From NCBI GenBank assembly GCA_009602725.1, contig WELB01000022.1, positions 966,848-1,030,847 on the forward strand: a stretch of DNA of 64,000 nucleotides, written 5' to 3'. The notes under the pieces were generated by a model that saw nothing but the letters and a program-made list of their open reading frames with translations, did not search any database and was not told the DNA's origin. Positions 1 to 14,589 of this stretch are shown piece after piece. Source of the DNA: Spirogloea muscicola (taxonomy: Eukaryota). A program made the position numbers and the translations under genes. Numbering within the stretch: the first letter of the stretch is position 1; every line of letters begins with the position of its first letter.

Positions 1-25
1 GGCCGCCGCCGCCGCGGGGCTTCCT

Positions 26-56
<31 letters not shown>

Positions 57-1671
57 CTGCTGGCGAGCCTCTTTGGAGGCCGCGACCCCTTCGACGACCC
101 CTTCTTCTCGCACCCCTTTGCCGCGCCCCCGCCCTTCTGGCCCCACGCCCCGCCCCTCGACCGCCGCCAGGTGCGCCCAGGCCGCTCCGACGGCCGAGCT
201 CGCTCCAGCCATGGCCATGTAATGTCGATAGCGACGCCGCCGTGGCGCTTATGGCTCCCGGCCCGGCGCTCCGGACATGGAGCTCGCCCCAAACGAGTTC
301 CGTGCAATTTGACACGCCTCTGGGCGCAGGCCGTGAGCGCCAGGAGCGTGGACATCCAGGAGCTCCCGGGCTCGTCGCAGCATCGCGGCGGTGGGACCCG
401 GGACGCGCGGGAGGGCCCAATCGTGCAGCATCCGGACGACGATGACGACGACGACGACGGCGAGAACGAGGGATCAGGCAAGCTCCGGCACGCCTGTCCC
501 GGCCGCTCACCGCGACGGGTTCGCCCGCAGGCTGCCGCGAGCGGCAAGCCTTCGTTCCTAACGTTGTCTTGTGACGGTCGTGCTCCACGTCTGGCCACTC
601 TTGGCAGGTGGGCTGCAGGAGGACAACGACGGGGGATGGCACGGCGGGCAGCTCTGGGGGCCGGGCACCTTCGCAGGCAGCAGCACCGGCGGCAGCTCGT
701 ACAGCTACTCCAGCTCCTCCGTCACCTACAGCGGCTTCGGCAACCAGCCCTACTTCACTTCTTCAGTCGTCCGCCGCACTGGTCCTGACGGAGTACGCCG
801 CCGACCTCCCCTCGGCTCTGAAACCCTTTGCTGACATGCGCTGCATGCATGACATGCTCTAGGCTATGGTCCTGCAGAGCAGCCTGCGACGCTTAGGCCA
901 TGCTCAGGAGGCCCCCACTCAGGCGTCGGTTGTGCTCCTCCTGCTTCGGTTGGCAGCTTGAGTTGTTCCTAGTGCAGCAAGCATGTGTTTCGGGGCACCG
1001 TCTGTTTATGCATCTGTGGTGCTTCATGTGATGGACAACTGGCAGCACGGCACCGCTCGCTCGGCTCCAGGCAATAGACAACTGCAGGGGCTGCGAGTCA
1101 TTGTTGTTGTTCCCTGCAGCTCCTGAGTCATGAGCAGTTGGACAGGTGACAGAAGAGCAGTCGCACACGGATGACCGCACTCGTGGGAAGAAGTCCATGC
1201 GTCTCGCTCGGGGGCTTCGTGACAAGGTGCCCCTCACATCACCACTTTCCTCTTCAGGAGCCTAGATGAGGCAGGGAGGAACACTATTAGACAGTGCACC
1301 TGACGGTGTGGCCCAGCAGGTCCGTGTGGTGGAGCGGATACAGGATCGCCACGGAGAGCAGCAATCAAGGGAAACACTGCAAAATCTTACAGAAGGTGAA
1401 GAATGCCAGGAGGCGGCATAGCTGATGTCTGCATGTTTTCCCGTTCTTTGCGTCCAGTTGTACTTCGTACAATTGCAGCCACTACATTGGAGGCTTTTTG
1501 CTAGGATTCGTTGATCAGAGGAATCGCTTCGCCCGACTAAGCAAGATTCTATCCACTGCAGAGGAAGCCCAAAGGTTTGACCAGAGGTGGCAAGAAGAAG
1601 CTGCTCACTCTCTTCCACACTGGGACAGTGATCTACCAGGGGGCAGCACCGCCAGTGAGTCCAGAGCCTAA
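1..1671 (+). CDS. Myeloid leukemia factor (MLF)-like / plant glycine-rich protein, 5'-partial, spliced
   Basis: Exons <1-170, 330-477, 608-792, 1146-1226, 1320-1395 and 1562-1671 join in frame. Peptides include LFGGRDPFDDPFFSHPF, SYSYSSSSVTYSG..YFTSSVVRRTGPDG, MRLARGLRDK and ETLQNLTEEEAQRFDQRW. The true end may be spliced from GTGAGT at 1655 to a further exon near 1898-1983. Confidence 0.75.
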
Positions 1672-2627
1672 GTCATGCTGCTGCAATAGAAGTCACAGTA
1701 GTATTGCTACCTAGCCAGTCCGTGGTACTCTGCCGCTTGTATGTTGTCTTGCTGACAGCAGGGTCACAGTGGAAACTTGCCGCAGCAAAAGCTAATCTTC
1801 ACAAACACGTGTGTGTGTGTCGCGTGTCTACACTCTGGTAGGACTGTTTCTGTTGATGTCCTGTCTGCTTGTTGAAGGCTTTTGTTTGTCCTCGCAGGAC
1901 TACCTGAGACCAGGCAACGCTTGCCTGGCCCGGCAGAGGGCCAAAGTCGAGAGCAGGGCTTCTTTGATTTTCTTGGTCGCTGAGATGGCTTGGAAGTGGC
2001 GTATTCCCTGTTTGCATAGTGCCCAGACCTGCAGTAGCTTAAGCTAGCGCCTATCACAATTGGTGCTCCATAAACACCATCATGCTCATCGCAGTCCAGC
2101 CGCGTAGGATGCCCGCGAGACAGAGCTGGCAAGCGTGCACCATCACTGTGACCTGTGCTTGCATCCAACTCTCGCTAGCATGTAAAAGTCACTAGGCCAT
2201 TTCAACAGTGGCATTGCATCTACCTTGTGCTGGCCAACACAAGGAAATTCACTTTGTACAAGTATATCTGAAAAGCTCAAGATTGTTACCTGCTGGATGG
2301 AGCTTGCGTTCTACACTAATGTCATGCAGAGCTCTAATACAGGCCAAGTCCTGATCTGCTAGCCGTCACGGTCATGCTGTCAAGCAAGTTGAGCTCCCTG
2401 AGCGTGCAACACGGCTCTCTCTCTCATCAATTAACAATACCCTAGTGCTTCGTGGCTGAGCTCTGGGGCTCGCTGAAGGACGAGCTCAAAGAGGCACATT
2501 GATGTGGAAGTTCTGAAGCGTAGTGCAGTTATCAAGTGCATAGACACCATGACCAATCCCCACGGACACGCCCTTTGGTTTTGAATGAAAGAATCTGTTA
2601 GTGTCAGAAAGTGCAAGCTGCATACTG

Positions 2628-4942
<2,315 letters not shown>

Positions 4943-6946
4943 CGGCGGCAGCGGCGACGACGGCGAGGCTGCCGGCGGCGGCGGCGGCGCCGCCGACGTG
5001 TGCGGCACCTCTGGGCGCGAAGGCGATGAGCCCCCGCGCCCCACCGCCAAGCTCGCCATGTGGGTGAGCGCAACGAAGCGGCCTCTGGGGCGGCCTGCGT
5101 GCGCGACGAGGCCGGCGAGTCGGCCCTGAGGCGACGGCGGGCGAGTTGCGAGCGTGGCGCGCGCCCGCAGGACTTTGGGCAGTGTGACGCGCGCCGCTGC
5201 ACCGGCCGCAAGCTCGCCCGCCTGCGCTGCCTCCGGGTACGACCGACTTCGCCTGGCTGGACTTGCTGCCGAGCACTGTGCGGCCGCCTGCTGCAGATGC
5301 TCACGGGCCTGCATGCACGCTGCGGTCATGGGGGAGGCAGGAGCTGAAGGTGCAGCAGCGCTTTGAAGGCATCGTCCTGAGGTGGGACACTCCACCAACG
5401 CCCTGCTGCGCTCGTTTCACCCTCCTTCGCCAGTGCGGCGACTGCAGGGGCCATCCGAGTGTCAGCCTCGGGGGATGTGGGGTTTCGGATGTAGGGTTTG
5501 CGGTTCAGGCTGAAAGCATCGGAGGGCTGAGGAATTGGGGGGTTCCGAGGAGGCTTGCACTCGCGCGTAAGCCCCGTTGCCTTGTCGATGGCTGGCTGAG
5601 CCCTGAGCAGCCGTGTGCCCGGGGGCCTCTGGCGACTCGAGCAGCCCGGTGGGCGTCAAGTGCGTCTCCAAGGAAGACGCGGCGCTGGCGGCACGGCACG
5701 GCCTGGCGGTGGTGGATTGCTCCTGGGCGCGCCTCGATGACGTCCCCTTTGCGCACCTGCGCTGCCCTGCGCCTCGGCTTTGTGCGCTTCACGCCCCTCT
5801 CTAAGCTTGCCTCACATAGTCCGGCCCGTGCCTCTGAGGTGCAGGTACGCTGCTGAAGGTGCTCTTGGGATGTGTGCACTGAGAGGCACAGATCGCACAT
5901 ACGCTCCTTACTGGCACTTTGGCAGCAATGGGCAGGCGGTCACCTGAACGTTGTGATGGCTACTCAGTGTCACATGCAACTTCGTTCAGAAGAACACCTC
6001 GGACCTTTGGCTACTGATGGTCAGCTTCTGCACGTGCGCTGGGCCCCTCGCAGTGCCGTGGCTGGTTGCAGCGAACCCTGTCAACTACGGGCGGCCGCTG
6101 AAGCTTTCGTGCGTGGAAGCGCTTGCAGCTGCACTCTTCATCTGGTCAGCTTGCTCGCCCCTGCGCTCGTAACTTGCTCGCCCCTGCGCTCGTAAAGGAG
6201 TGTGCACCGGTGACAAAGAACGCCGCGCCCGTCGTGGCTCCTCCATCTCTTCCAATTACTCAGTACAATGATTTGCTGATTGGCAGCGGGGACGTGGATA
6301 ATTGCACCCTTATCCTTGACAAGTTCAAATGGGGCCACGCCTTCCTCTCCTTGAATGGGTGCGCTCTCCCAGGCTAGCTTCTCCTTCCCCATCCAGCTGC
6401 ACCTTGCAGCAATCTGTAACCGTTAAGGAGCCACGAGGAATCAGGACTTGTTACTGTGTGGCCTTGCAGGGACTTGCTGCAGGAGTATGCCAGGTGCCAG
6501 AGTGGCGCGGAGGTGGTAGCTGCACAGGAGCGCTGGCTTGCCCATCCACCTGCGCTTGGCCTCACATCGCCCTCCCAGGCAGCAAATCTAGCCGACAAAG
6601 GTCAGGTGGTACACCTGCTGAGTTGCTGGAGATTTCTCAAGTGCATGATGGTTGCCACGCTATGCTTGAAGGTTCACGCTCAAGGGTTGGGGGATGATCT
6701 CGCTGATGGATTGCTAGCCAGCCAACGACCTGTACAAGCCCAGTGTCACCTTGATGTAATCTTCAAGGGGGTCCTTTTGCAGGTGGTCAGCACAATTTAA
6801 GTACTGAAACCAGCAGCGATGAGGACGGCTTGCCTCCCTTGGAACACAATACCAACCACCGAGACTTGCCTGACTCAAGTGAGGAGGACTTGGACGACGA
6901 TGAGGTCGACGTGGATGATGTTGAACGAATGCAGACATCAGGATGA
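4943..6946 (+). CDS. TSR3: 18S rRNA aminocarboxypropyltransferase TSR3, 5'-partial, spliced
   Basis: Exons <4943-5063, 5171-5236, 5341-5381, 5645-5781, 6054-6144, 6287-6358, 6470-6600 and 6783-6946. Motifs: [66 protein letters not shown] and DEDGLPPLE. Confidence 0.96.
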
Positions 6947-6950
6947 GCAG

Positions 6951-7324
6951 TCTCGAGCGCACCCATGACGAAATTGCAGGGCGTCAAGCACCCATTGCCA
7001 TCTAGTCTTTGAACCGGCCATCCATTTGCCGCAGCGCGCTCGACGCTGCAACGGGCAGGAATCGGCTGCGGATCGCCCATTCTCCCACACAGTGGTGGGA
7101 TGCATCTCGGATGTTGTCACCATACTCGAGGTCGTTAGCCTGGCCACAACGCCCTTTCGAGACGCCGCTTGGTAGTCGGAGCTTCAGGGAGTCCCCGCAG
7201 TTTGACGATGTCGCCCCACTGACGGCAGGTCAGCCCTGGAACGGGACCAGCGCTTCTGCCCGGCCATTCTTTATCACGACGTGTGAGTCGCGGCCAGCCA
7301 CCCTTTCGGGCTGCTCAAGGCTTC
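6951..7324 (-). ncRNA. Group IC1 intron remnant (rDNA S1506-like), 3'-truncated, outside rDNA
   Basis: The minus strand reads GAAGCCTT..GCAGCCCGAAAGGGTG, then P element GGCGACATCGTCAAACTGCGGGG (7215-7193), P5abc with a GAAA tetraloop, Q element GATCCGCAGCC (7074-7064) and R element GTTCAAAGACTAGATGG (7014-6998). The S element, P7' and P9 are absent. Confidence 0.85.
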
Positions 7325-8306
7325 AATATGTGAAGGCTGGGAAGGATCCCCCGCGCCGTGTTACAAAATACCCGGCACAAAAAGAATGGGGGTGGAGCAG
7401 GCACCAGCATCAGCATTGAGGGAGGAGACATGCTGTGTCATGAGCATGAGGAAGCACAGCTACTGTACTCATACTACTCTATAGGTTGCAATGGAGGTAT
7501 TTGTGATAGGTCTGAGACTGCACTTGCTTGGTCCATAGAGCTCAAGAATCTGCACGCGGATGGCATGTAGGCTTAACAGGCTGTGCAGCTTTAGTCGACT
7601 GACTTGACTGTGTTGTAATGTGCTATAATCGTATACAGTATGGTAACAAACACGCCACTGGTGCATTCATGAGCAGATTGCTATATAGATCACAACTGCA
7701 TGCACATGTTGCTTGCACATGCCTGCATCCTTGGCATGCCATTGAGACTACCAAACGTTTCCTGCAACACTCGTGCTGCAGTCCTCCAGCCACACCACGA
7801 CCAGGCAACTGATGCATACGGGTTCCCTCATGTTCCTGGCTAGGGCAGATTTCTCAATCTGCTGTATGGTCATAAACGTAAAATGCTGAGCGGCTCTTGT
7901 CAGGCTTGCAAGCAGCTGCCTGACCACAATTTACTAGAAATTTACCAGAAATTCTCATATGCAATACATGCTAATCAGGGGAGAACGGTCACGCACCTAG
8001 CAGCAATCCACCAGGTGAGGGGTGGTGAGAAGGCGGATTTAGTACTAGGTTGGGGGTTTGCTCACTGGAAGATCTGGTCGAGAATGGTCAGGACTAATAC
8101 GGATTGCACATATTGTCTGCCTTGATCGTCGGGTCTCAAAAGGCAGCCTTGGAGTCTCGCGGAGGCAACCCTGACTGCAATTTATCATTATGGAATTGTA
8201 AAACAATGGTGGAGTGAATCAAACTTCCCCCCGCTCCCAGGGCTCCATGAAGCTTCATCTGGTGGGGGAGTTGGGAATCCACAGGCGCTTTCATTTGCCA
8301 GTAGGA

Positions 8307-10442
8307 CTAACCAGCTGTACTCAAGATCTTCATAAGCTCTACAGTGAGGTCAAGAAGAGCTTCGTCATTGCCTCGTTCTGCAACAAGGCCCAGATTCACA
8401 GGGCACCCATGCACCTTGCTTACAGGGAGGCTGACCTGCAAACATCAATGTCACAAGAGCACCTCAAAGAGTGTGATACAGTGCTTGTAAGCAACAGGCA
8501 ACAGCCTCATCTACACAAGGACTTGCCTCGATGACAGAGGGACTTGCAACAACAGCCCTGCATAATGCAAATTGCTGTGCACCATTGCCATCGCGGTGTG
8601 CTACTGGTCGAGAGCTGCCCCCTGATGGACCATCAGCCACCACCATGTTGAGATTGTCATCACGCTGCTGCAGCGTCTGTGTACCTGCCTCTTAGACCCA
8701 TGGACTGCAGAGTTGCCCAGTCGGGTTGGTGCCAGGCTATGCTGGTCATAGGAGTTTGGCCAGTCACCTGAGGCAGGCCGCCTGCACCGCTGACGGTGCA
8801 GAGTGCAAGAGTACGCATCTCAAAGACCTCCATGTCTGCCTTGGAAGTTGTGAGGAGGGGCGCAATGCCGGGTGCAGGGGGCACAGCTAGGGCAGCCCCC
8901 TTGCCAAGCACTCCATCCACATGCTCGGCAATCCTGCAATTTGCCACATCCCATCTTACAAGCTGCGAAGTGTGGCAAAGACAGCAAGCCGCTGCCGCTG
9001 CTGCAAGATCGCCTCTCCATTACCAGCTGAAGATGCTATTGTGAGGCAGAGGACACCGTCTACACTTGGACGGCCGTTCCCTCTGACATGATTGCACACC
9101 TCTTCCGCTTTGAGGCTGCCTCTGCTGCTTGCTCCTCTGTCACCTTTGAAGCACCCTCTACTCTTTCCTGAATGGCTGTCCCAAACCGTGGACTTTCTCT
9201 TTGCACCCATCCCCCGTGACACTCCCACATCTCCTTTCCCTGCCACGGCCAGCCATGAGCATCATGGCAAGCAGGATGAGCACTGATAAATCCACCTACT
9301 ATCCTGCTTGCCAGGGCACAGGGGCGGGTTCCAGCTCACCTCGAGGACCAGTATAATGTCTGCCCAGTCCTCCAAGGTTCCGACACTACCAGGGTCTCCC
9401 ACCCTGATCTCCTGCGGAGGGCCGAGAAGCTCTTGCAGCTGGGGCATGTGGGGAGTGAGGCGGTCATAGATGGCCTTGGAACACTCGGTCTCCATGATTG
9501 CGAATGCGTCCTCGGCCACCAGCCACCGCGTGAGCTTGTGGCGGCCTTCGCCCTGGCTGGAAGCTGCCAGCAGGACATGGCCTACAGCCCGAAGTACCTC
9601 CGCGTCCCGGGCGAACCAGCCGACTATCAGGCACACCACATCATGCCAAAGGCAGTGCGGAGGTTTGTCAGCGTGCTAGAAGCACGCAGCAGAGAGTGAG
9701 GCGCAGAAAGTCGATCGTGGCGGTAGAACAGAGACCTGTGTCGGACGAGGGCTGCAGCGCCTTGGCGCCCTCCAGCGAGATGCGGCTATGAGTGGGGCGG
9801 AACGCCAGGATGCCACAGTGGTTGGCCGGAACCCTGACTGAGCCGGCTGTATCGCTGCCCAGCGCAAAATCCACCAGCCCGGCCGCCACCTGGTCATCGA
9901 GGCTTCAGCCCGAGTTGGGAGCCGCCTCGGTGCTGCCTCACTCCTCCGAAGGCTTGTGACCATGCCCACTTGCGGTCGTCGCTGGGCGGAAGGCTGTGCG
10001 GCTTGGCCTCTTCCTCGGGTCTTGGCTCGGGCGGACAACGAGACGGCAGCAGGACAACGATGACGGACGGGCGCGCAGCGAGCGCAACGCGATCGCCGGG
10101 AACGGGTGACCGGCGACGTACTGCAGAGGCGGAGCCCGAGGAGGAGCCGCCCGGGATGCGGTCAGGCGCGGCCGGGTTGAGGGGCGTGCCGTAGTGCTCG
10201 TTCACGCCCTCCAGGCCGTACGCCATCTCCTCCATGGCGGCCTTGCCGACCAGCGCGGCACCCGCGTCCAGCAGCGCCTGGGGAAGCCCGCGCCGCGCTT
10301 CAGATGCTGCCGCGAGGCCCGGGGGGGAGCGGGCCGGGTGAAGGGGAGCGCAGCGTGCCTGCACGGCAGGGGCAGTGGCGGCCGCAGGGCCGTGCGTGGC
10401 CAGCCAAGTGGGGTTCCCGAAGCCCGTGCGGAAGCCCGCGAC
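8307..10442 (-). CDS. Amidase-signature family protein (AMI1/TOC64-amidase-like), 5' end uncertain
   Basis: Exons 10442-10359, 10277-10122, 9889-9736, 9623-9340, 9239-9100, 8933-8768 and 8435-8307 join in frame. Motifs: TGFGNPTW, PGGSSSGSA, ALGSDTAGSVRVPA and GLPQVSLP. The exon with the catalytic Lys (KD) is not visible; there is an N at 10480. Confidence 0.92.
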
Positions 10443-10732
10443 CTGCGGGCGGCGGCGCCGCGGCGCGGGGCGCGCGGCGNCACAACTTTCTCGGCACCCC
10501 TCGCGCTTCGGCGGCTGCGGCGCCGCCATGGCGGCCCACGGCAACGGCGGCGGCGGCGCCGCCGGCGGCGGCGCCCGCCATGTCTTGCGGCGAGGTGGGC
10601 TGGCCCGGGGCAGGGCCGCCGCCAGGGCTGGGCGCTTGCAGTGGGGTCCACCTGCCCTTGCTGCTGACTCTGGCTCTGGCCAGGGGACCCACTTCCAGGA
10701 GCCTAGCTTCTCTGACCTGAGGCTGCTTGGCC

Positions 10733-10885
10733 GGGGTTACTGAGTAATACGTAGCTGCTTTGTTTCTTGTTGTGCTTGTTTTTCTTAGCGCTCCCCCTGG
10801 CCCCCTTCTCGTACTTTGTTCCTTCTTGTTTAAGCTGGCTTTTCCAGCCCCTATCCTCAATGGGCGAGCCCTTTCTTCCTGCGGG
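10733..10885 (+). mobile_element. 3' UTR fragment of CRE-like non-LTR element
   Basis: GGTTACTGAG...AGCTGGCTTTTCCAGCCCCTATCCTCAATGGGCGAGC resembles the 3' UTRs that follow the RLE ORF elsewhere and is near-identical to 59398-59475. Confidence 0.6.
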
Positions 10886-11059
10886 CGGCTCACGTGTGCC
10901 GTGTGATGCGCCTGTGATGGGCACTCGTGCTGACAAGGCCTATCCGTTGGTGCACTGTCTGGGCTGAACGAGTCCCCATGCCCCCGAAGTATTACCCGTC
11001 ACTTGGTTGGGGCTCAGGCGACGGAGAAGCGGAATGGCGCACCCTGAGAGAAGCGGGCT

Positions 11060-12700
11060 TAGCAAACAGAATGGACAATGTCCGCGGGCCACAAAACGGT
11101 GGCCGGAAAGACAAAACCTACGCACCAATAATTAATGATGTAGATGGATGCTCAGTAACCACGAGTGAGCAACAGCAAATCAGAATAACTCGAAGCAGGA
11201 AAAGCAGCACTACGCCGAGACCCTGGGCAGCAGCCAAACCGCGGCCCGAGCGCGTGTGGACCGCGTGGGCCAAAGAGCGCTGGAACGAGACCGCCAACCT
11301 CATACGAAAGACCTGGGCGAGGGAGCCGGCAGCATTGAAGCCTGGCAAACCCGGCCGCCGCTCGATGGCCTGCCGGGCAAGCCGCTGGAGGAGATCCCCA
11401 GCCACTGCCGAAGGCCCCGTGAAAGTCAACGGCCAGGGCCGCGAAGACAACGCCTGGAGGGTGGTCAACGTACTTGCGCTCCATACTCCGAGCCGCCAAA
11501 GCGACCGCGTGCGTCAGCGCGTGAATCGGCGAGCGTCGCAGACTTGGCGGGGTTGGCGAAATCGATGCAACTTGCAGTCACCACATCTGCGATGATACGC
11601 GGACCTCCTCCGGGCGGGATGGCGACTAGGTCAGCGCGGCGGGTGTGGAGCTGTCCGTCGGTGCCCCGCTGGATGGCCATGATTGTCGTATTTTCAACTG
11701 CCACCTTGTAGCTGGCCTCCATGAACACACCCTGCATGCCGTCTCGCAGGATGTCGTGTGAACCGGTCCGCTCGCCCCCGTGCGCGCAGCGGAGCATGTG
11801 GGCAGCCAGCGTCGCAGGGTCATCGTGGCGGGCACCGCACTCGCACATTTGGATCCCGACGAGGCAGGGAGGGAGGAGGCCCAGGAGCCGGTGGACCGCC
11901 GTCCTGAAACCTCGTCTGATATTGTGAGCGCCGCGTAGATTGGGAGCGCCAATAAGCACGCCGCCGCCGGGGGAGGAGGCTGAGAGGATCCGGCGCCCTC
12001 GAAGGTCGTGCGGCGGCAGGAGCTCCACCACCTGGTCATAGGCCGCTTTGTCCACCAGCGCAGTGTAGCGGGCCTGGGCCCGCAGGTCGGGGGTGTGCGC
12101 GAGGTGGACGAATGGAACGACCTGCTGCGGCACGTCGGGGTGGGCCGCCAGGAGCCCGTCGCGGCCAGCGCGGAGAGCAGCCTGAAAGGGCAACTGGCCG
12201 CTCTCCACATCAGCTTGCCGTGAATTTGGAAGCATGGGGGCGGCGACCTGGGCCCAGCTGCCCAGGTAGGCGGCCTCGGCGGCGGCGGGCGACTGGGCGG
12301 CAGCCCAAGCCGCCGCGGCTGACTGGCAGGCCAGCCTGGAGCAGCGCGTGGTAAGGAAAACGGGGTGTTGGAGGAGAGTGGCCGCACTCGCCAGAATGCC
12401 GGTGTCAGAAGCCACGTACGCTGCCTTCACCGCCGGGGAGGTGGGGAGGACGCGGGCCAAGTAGTGCGGACGCTGGGCAATGCACCTGGTCAGCACAGCG
12501 GTCGTCTTGCAGCGTGTGGAGACGGTCCGCTAGCCGGAGGTGCTCCAGCAGTCGCACCTGGAGCTGCTCCACCACAAAGGCTAAGTAGCCTATGGGGGCT
12601 GGTATCTGGCAGCCCGAGGGCAGGCGCAGGTGGGCTGGCAGGCCCCAGGGAGCACGCTGCAAAATTCGCAAGCGCGGCCAGATTAACTGGTGGCCCCAGG
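11060..12700 (-). mobile_element. CRE-like non-LTR retrotransposon, 5'-truncated (RT thumb/linker, CCHC, restriction-like endonuclease, 3' UTR), frameshifted
   Basis: ORF 11465-12496 has CECG..HMLRC..GGERTGSHDILRD..E..RRADL..IIADV. ORF 11118-11468 has FRMRLAVSFQRSLA, similar to the RLSVALQRGNA terminal helix of RLE elements. Confidence 0.8.
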
Positions 12701-12774
12701 GAGAGTGCCGCGCTCCTTGATCAGAATAAGTGGCTCTCCCAATGGGGGCTCCTTGATCGCCTTCTTGCCCACGG

Positions 12775-13280
12775 CAAAGAAGACATTGCTCGCCCATAGA
12801 GAAGAGGGGCTGGCAAAGAAAGAAAGTGCTCGCCCATAGAGAAGAGGGCCAAAGCAAAGCCAGCCCAAAAGGATAGACAAAAGCCAAAGAGCCAAAGAAG
12901 GTGCCGAAAAGAAAAGCTACACAGCTAGACACGAGACAACGCAAAGGAAAGCTCAGTACCCACGGGTGAGCAGCAGCAAGTCCGAGTAACTCGCAGCCGA
13001 AAGAAAGAAGAAAGTGCGCGCCCATAGAGAAGAGGGGCTGGCAGATGCCGGCCCGAAAAGAATGGATAAAATCCAAAAACGAGGCACTCCCCCTAGACCT
13101 GAGAAAGCAGCCAGAGCGCGGCCTGCACGCGTGTGGACGGCGTGAGCCAGGGAGCGCTGGAACGAAACGGCAAAGACGGCCTTCTTGTCCATGGCAGTGA
13201 TGGCGGCACGCTCCAGAAAGAAGCAGGCCGGCAGCGACTCAAGGAAGGTGACGTGGTCGGAGCTGCCGGAAGAAACGACT
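12775..13280 (-). mobile_element. Rearranged CRE-like 3' end with repeated terminal motif
   Basis: Encodes AVSFQRSLAHAVHTRAGRALAA. Three copies of GCCCATAGAGAAGAGGG occur near 12792, 12832 and 13020. Confidence 0.7.
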
Positions 13281-13299
13281 AAGTGAGCTCTTCCAAAGA

Positions 13300-13650
13300 T
13301 CGCTTTCTCTGGCTCCGAACTTTGTCCATTCATTTTCTGGAACCACCCGGAGCGACCACTACTTCCCATGCGCCATGGACACTTGTGGCGACTACGGAAC
13401 GAATGGGTCTTCCCTCCTCCAGGTTTGCATTTTCGCGATACACCAGCGTGCTGGGTGTGCACTAGGCCACGTTAATGGCTTCGTGGTGAGGTCTGACTTC
13501 TCAGCTAAGCTCGTCAGATATGTATGTGCTCACTCGAGGATATTAGTGGCCTCCTTAGCCATTTCCCCGTTATCGGGACTTTTGTAAGGCCCCTTCGAAC
13601 CTTGTCAAAACTTTTTTGGGCTGGCTTCTTACAGCCCTAGCCCCCATTTG
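13300..13650 (+). mobile_element. Diverged CRE-like 3' end
   Basis: FAIHQRAGCALG resembles HAVHTRAGRALA. It is followed by TGCTCACTCG and GGCCCCTTCGAACCTTGTC..TTTTGGGCTGGC..ACAGCCC. Confidence 0.55.
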
Positions 13651-14589
13651 AAGAGCCACTTCTCTTTAGTAAGGCTTGAATTGGCCTCTCTTTCAATTAC
13701 ATGCGCACCGCGCGCTTTCCTTTGCACAAGTACAAGGACCACCCGGCGGCACTTCCTGGAGGCTCGGTGCCTTCGGGTCTTGTGTCCTGCTACCGCATGC
13801 GTTTATCTATGTGCCTACAGGGGTCCCAGGCGATTGCTTTGCATCGCCGGGCTGGTCGCCCTTGCAGCAGCCTCTGGCTTGCGTAGCGGGATTGCTCTTC
13901 CTTCCCTCAGCTCATCTGGTTCCTACTGCTGACACGGATGTACTAAGAGCGCCCTGTGCCTAGCCTGTGGCTCCGTCATGAACACCTGTATGCATCTGGG
14001 TGGCTTTTACAGCCGATTTTAAATTATCAGCAGCCGCATTCTTTATTATCCATCGCCTGGCACAACTTGTCGATGCCCGCCTGTAACATTCCCTCCGTTT
14101 GGGCGTCCCAACTGGAGCCGGTGACTTTGCTACACCACGTGCAGCTAAGTAAGGTCTGAGGCCTAGGCTTCGTATTGCGCGTGCGCGTGGCATCGTCCGG
14201 GAGTCGTACTGCCCGCGAGGCCCCGCTTCGCTGCACGCTGTACGGGAATTGTACCTTTTCAACAGGGGTTACTGAGTATTCGTAGCTCCTTGCTTCCTTC
14301 TGTGCATTATTGGTGCTTTCTCTGGTCCTCCGAACATTGTCAAACATTTTTGGTGGGCTGGCCTCTCACAGCGACCGCCCTGTGCAGGAAGCGTCCTTTC
14401 TTCTTTCGGCGGATTCTGCTTCGCTGCACGCGGCATCGCCCGAGCCGTACACTCCCCGGCGGGCGCTGCTTTGCTGCAAGCGGCATCACCCGGGAGTGTA
14501 CTCTATATCCACCAGGCGCTGCTTCACTGCACGGCATCGTCCGTGCAGTGAACGGAACCAGCCCATGGAAATTATATCCTACTATCAGG

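Noticed and set aside
10733..10760. Hammerhead or HDV ribozyme in the CRE-associated GGTTACTGAG motif
   Set aside because: No CTGANGA...GAAA core and no nested double pseudoknot could be built by eye.
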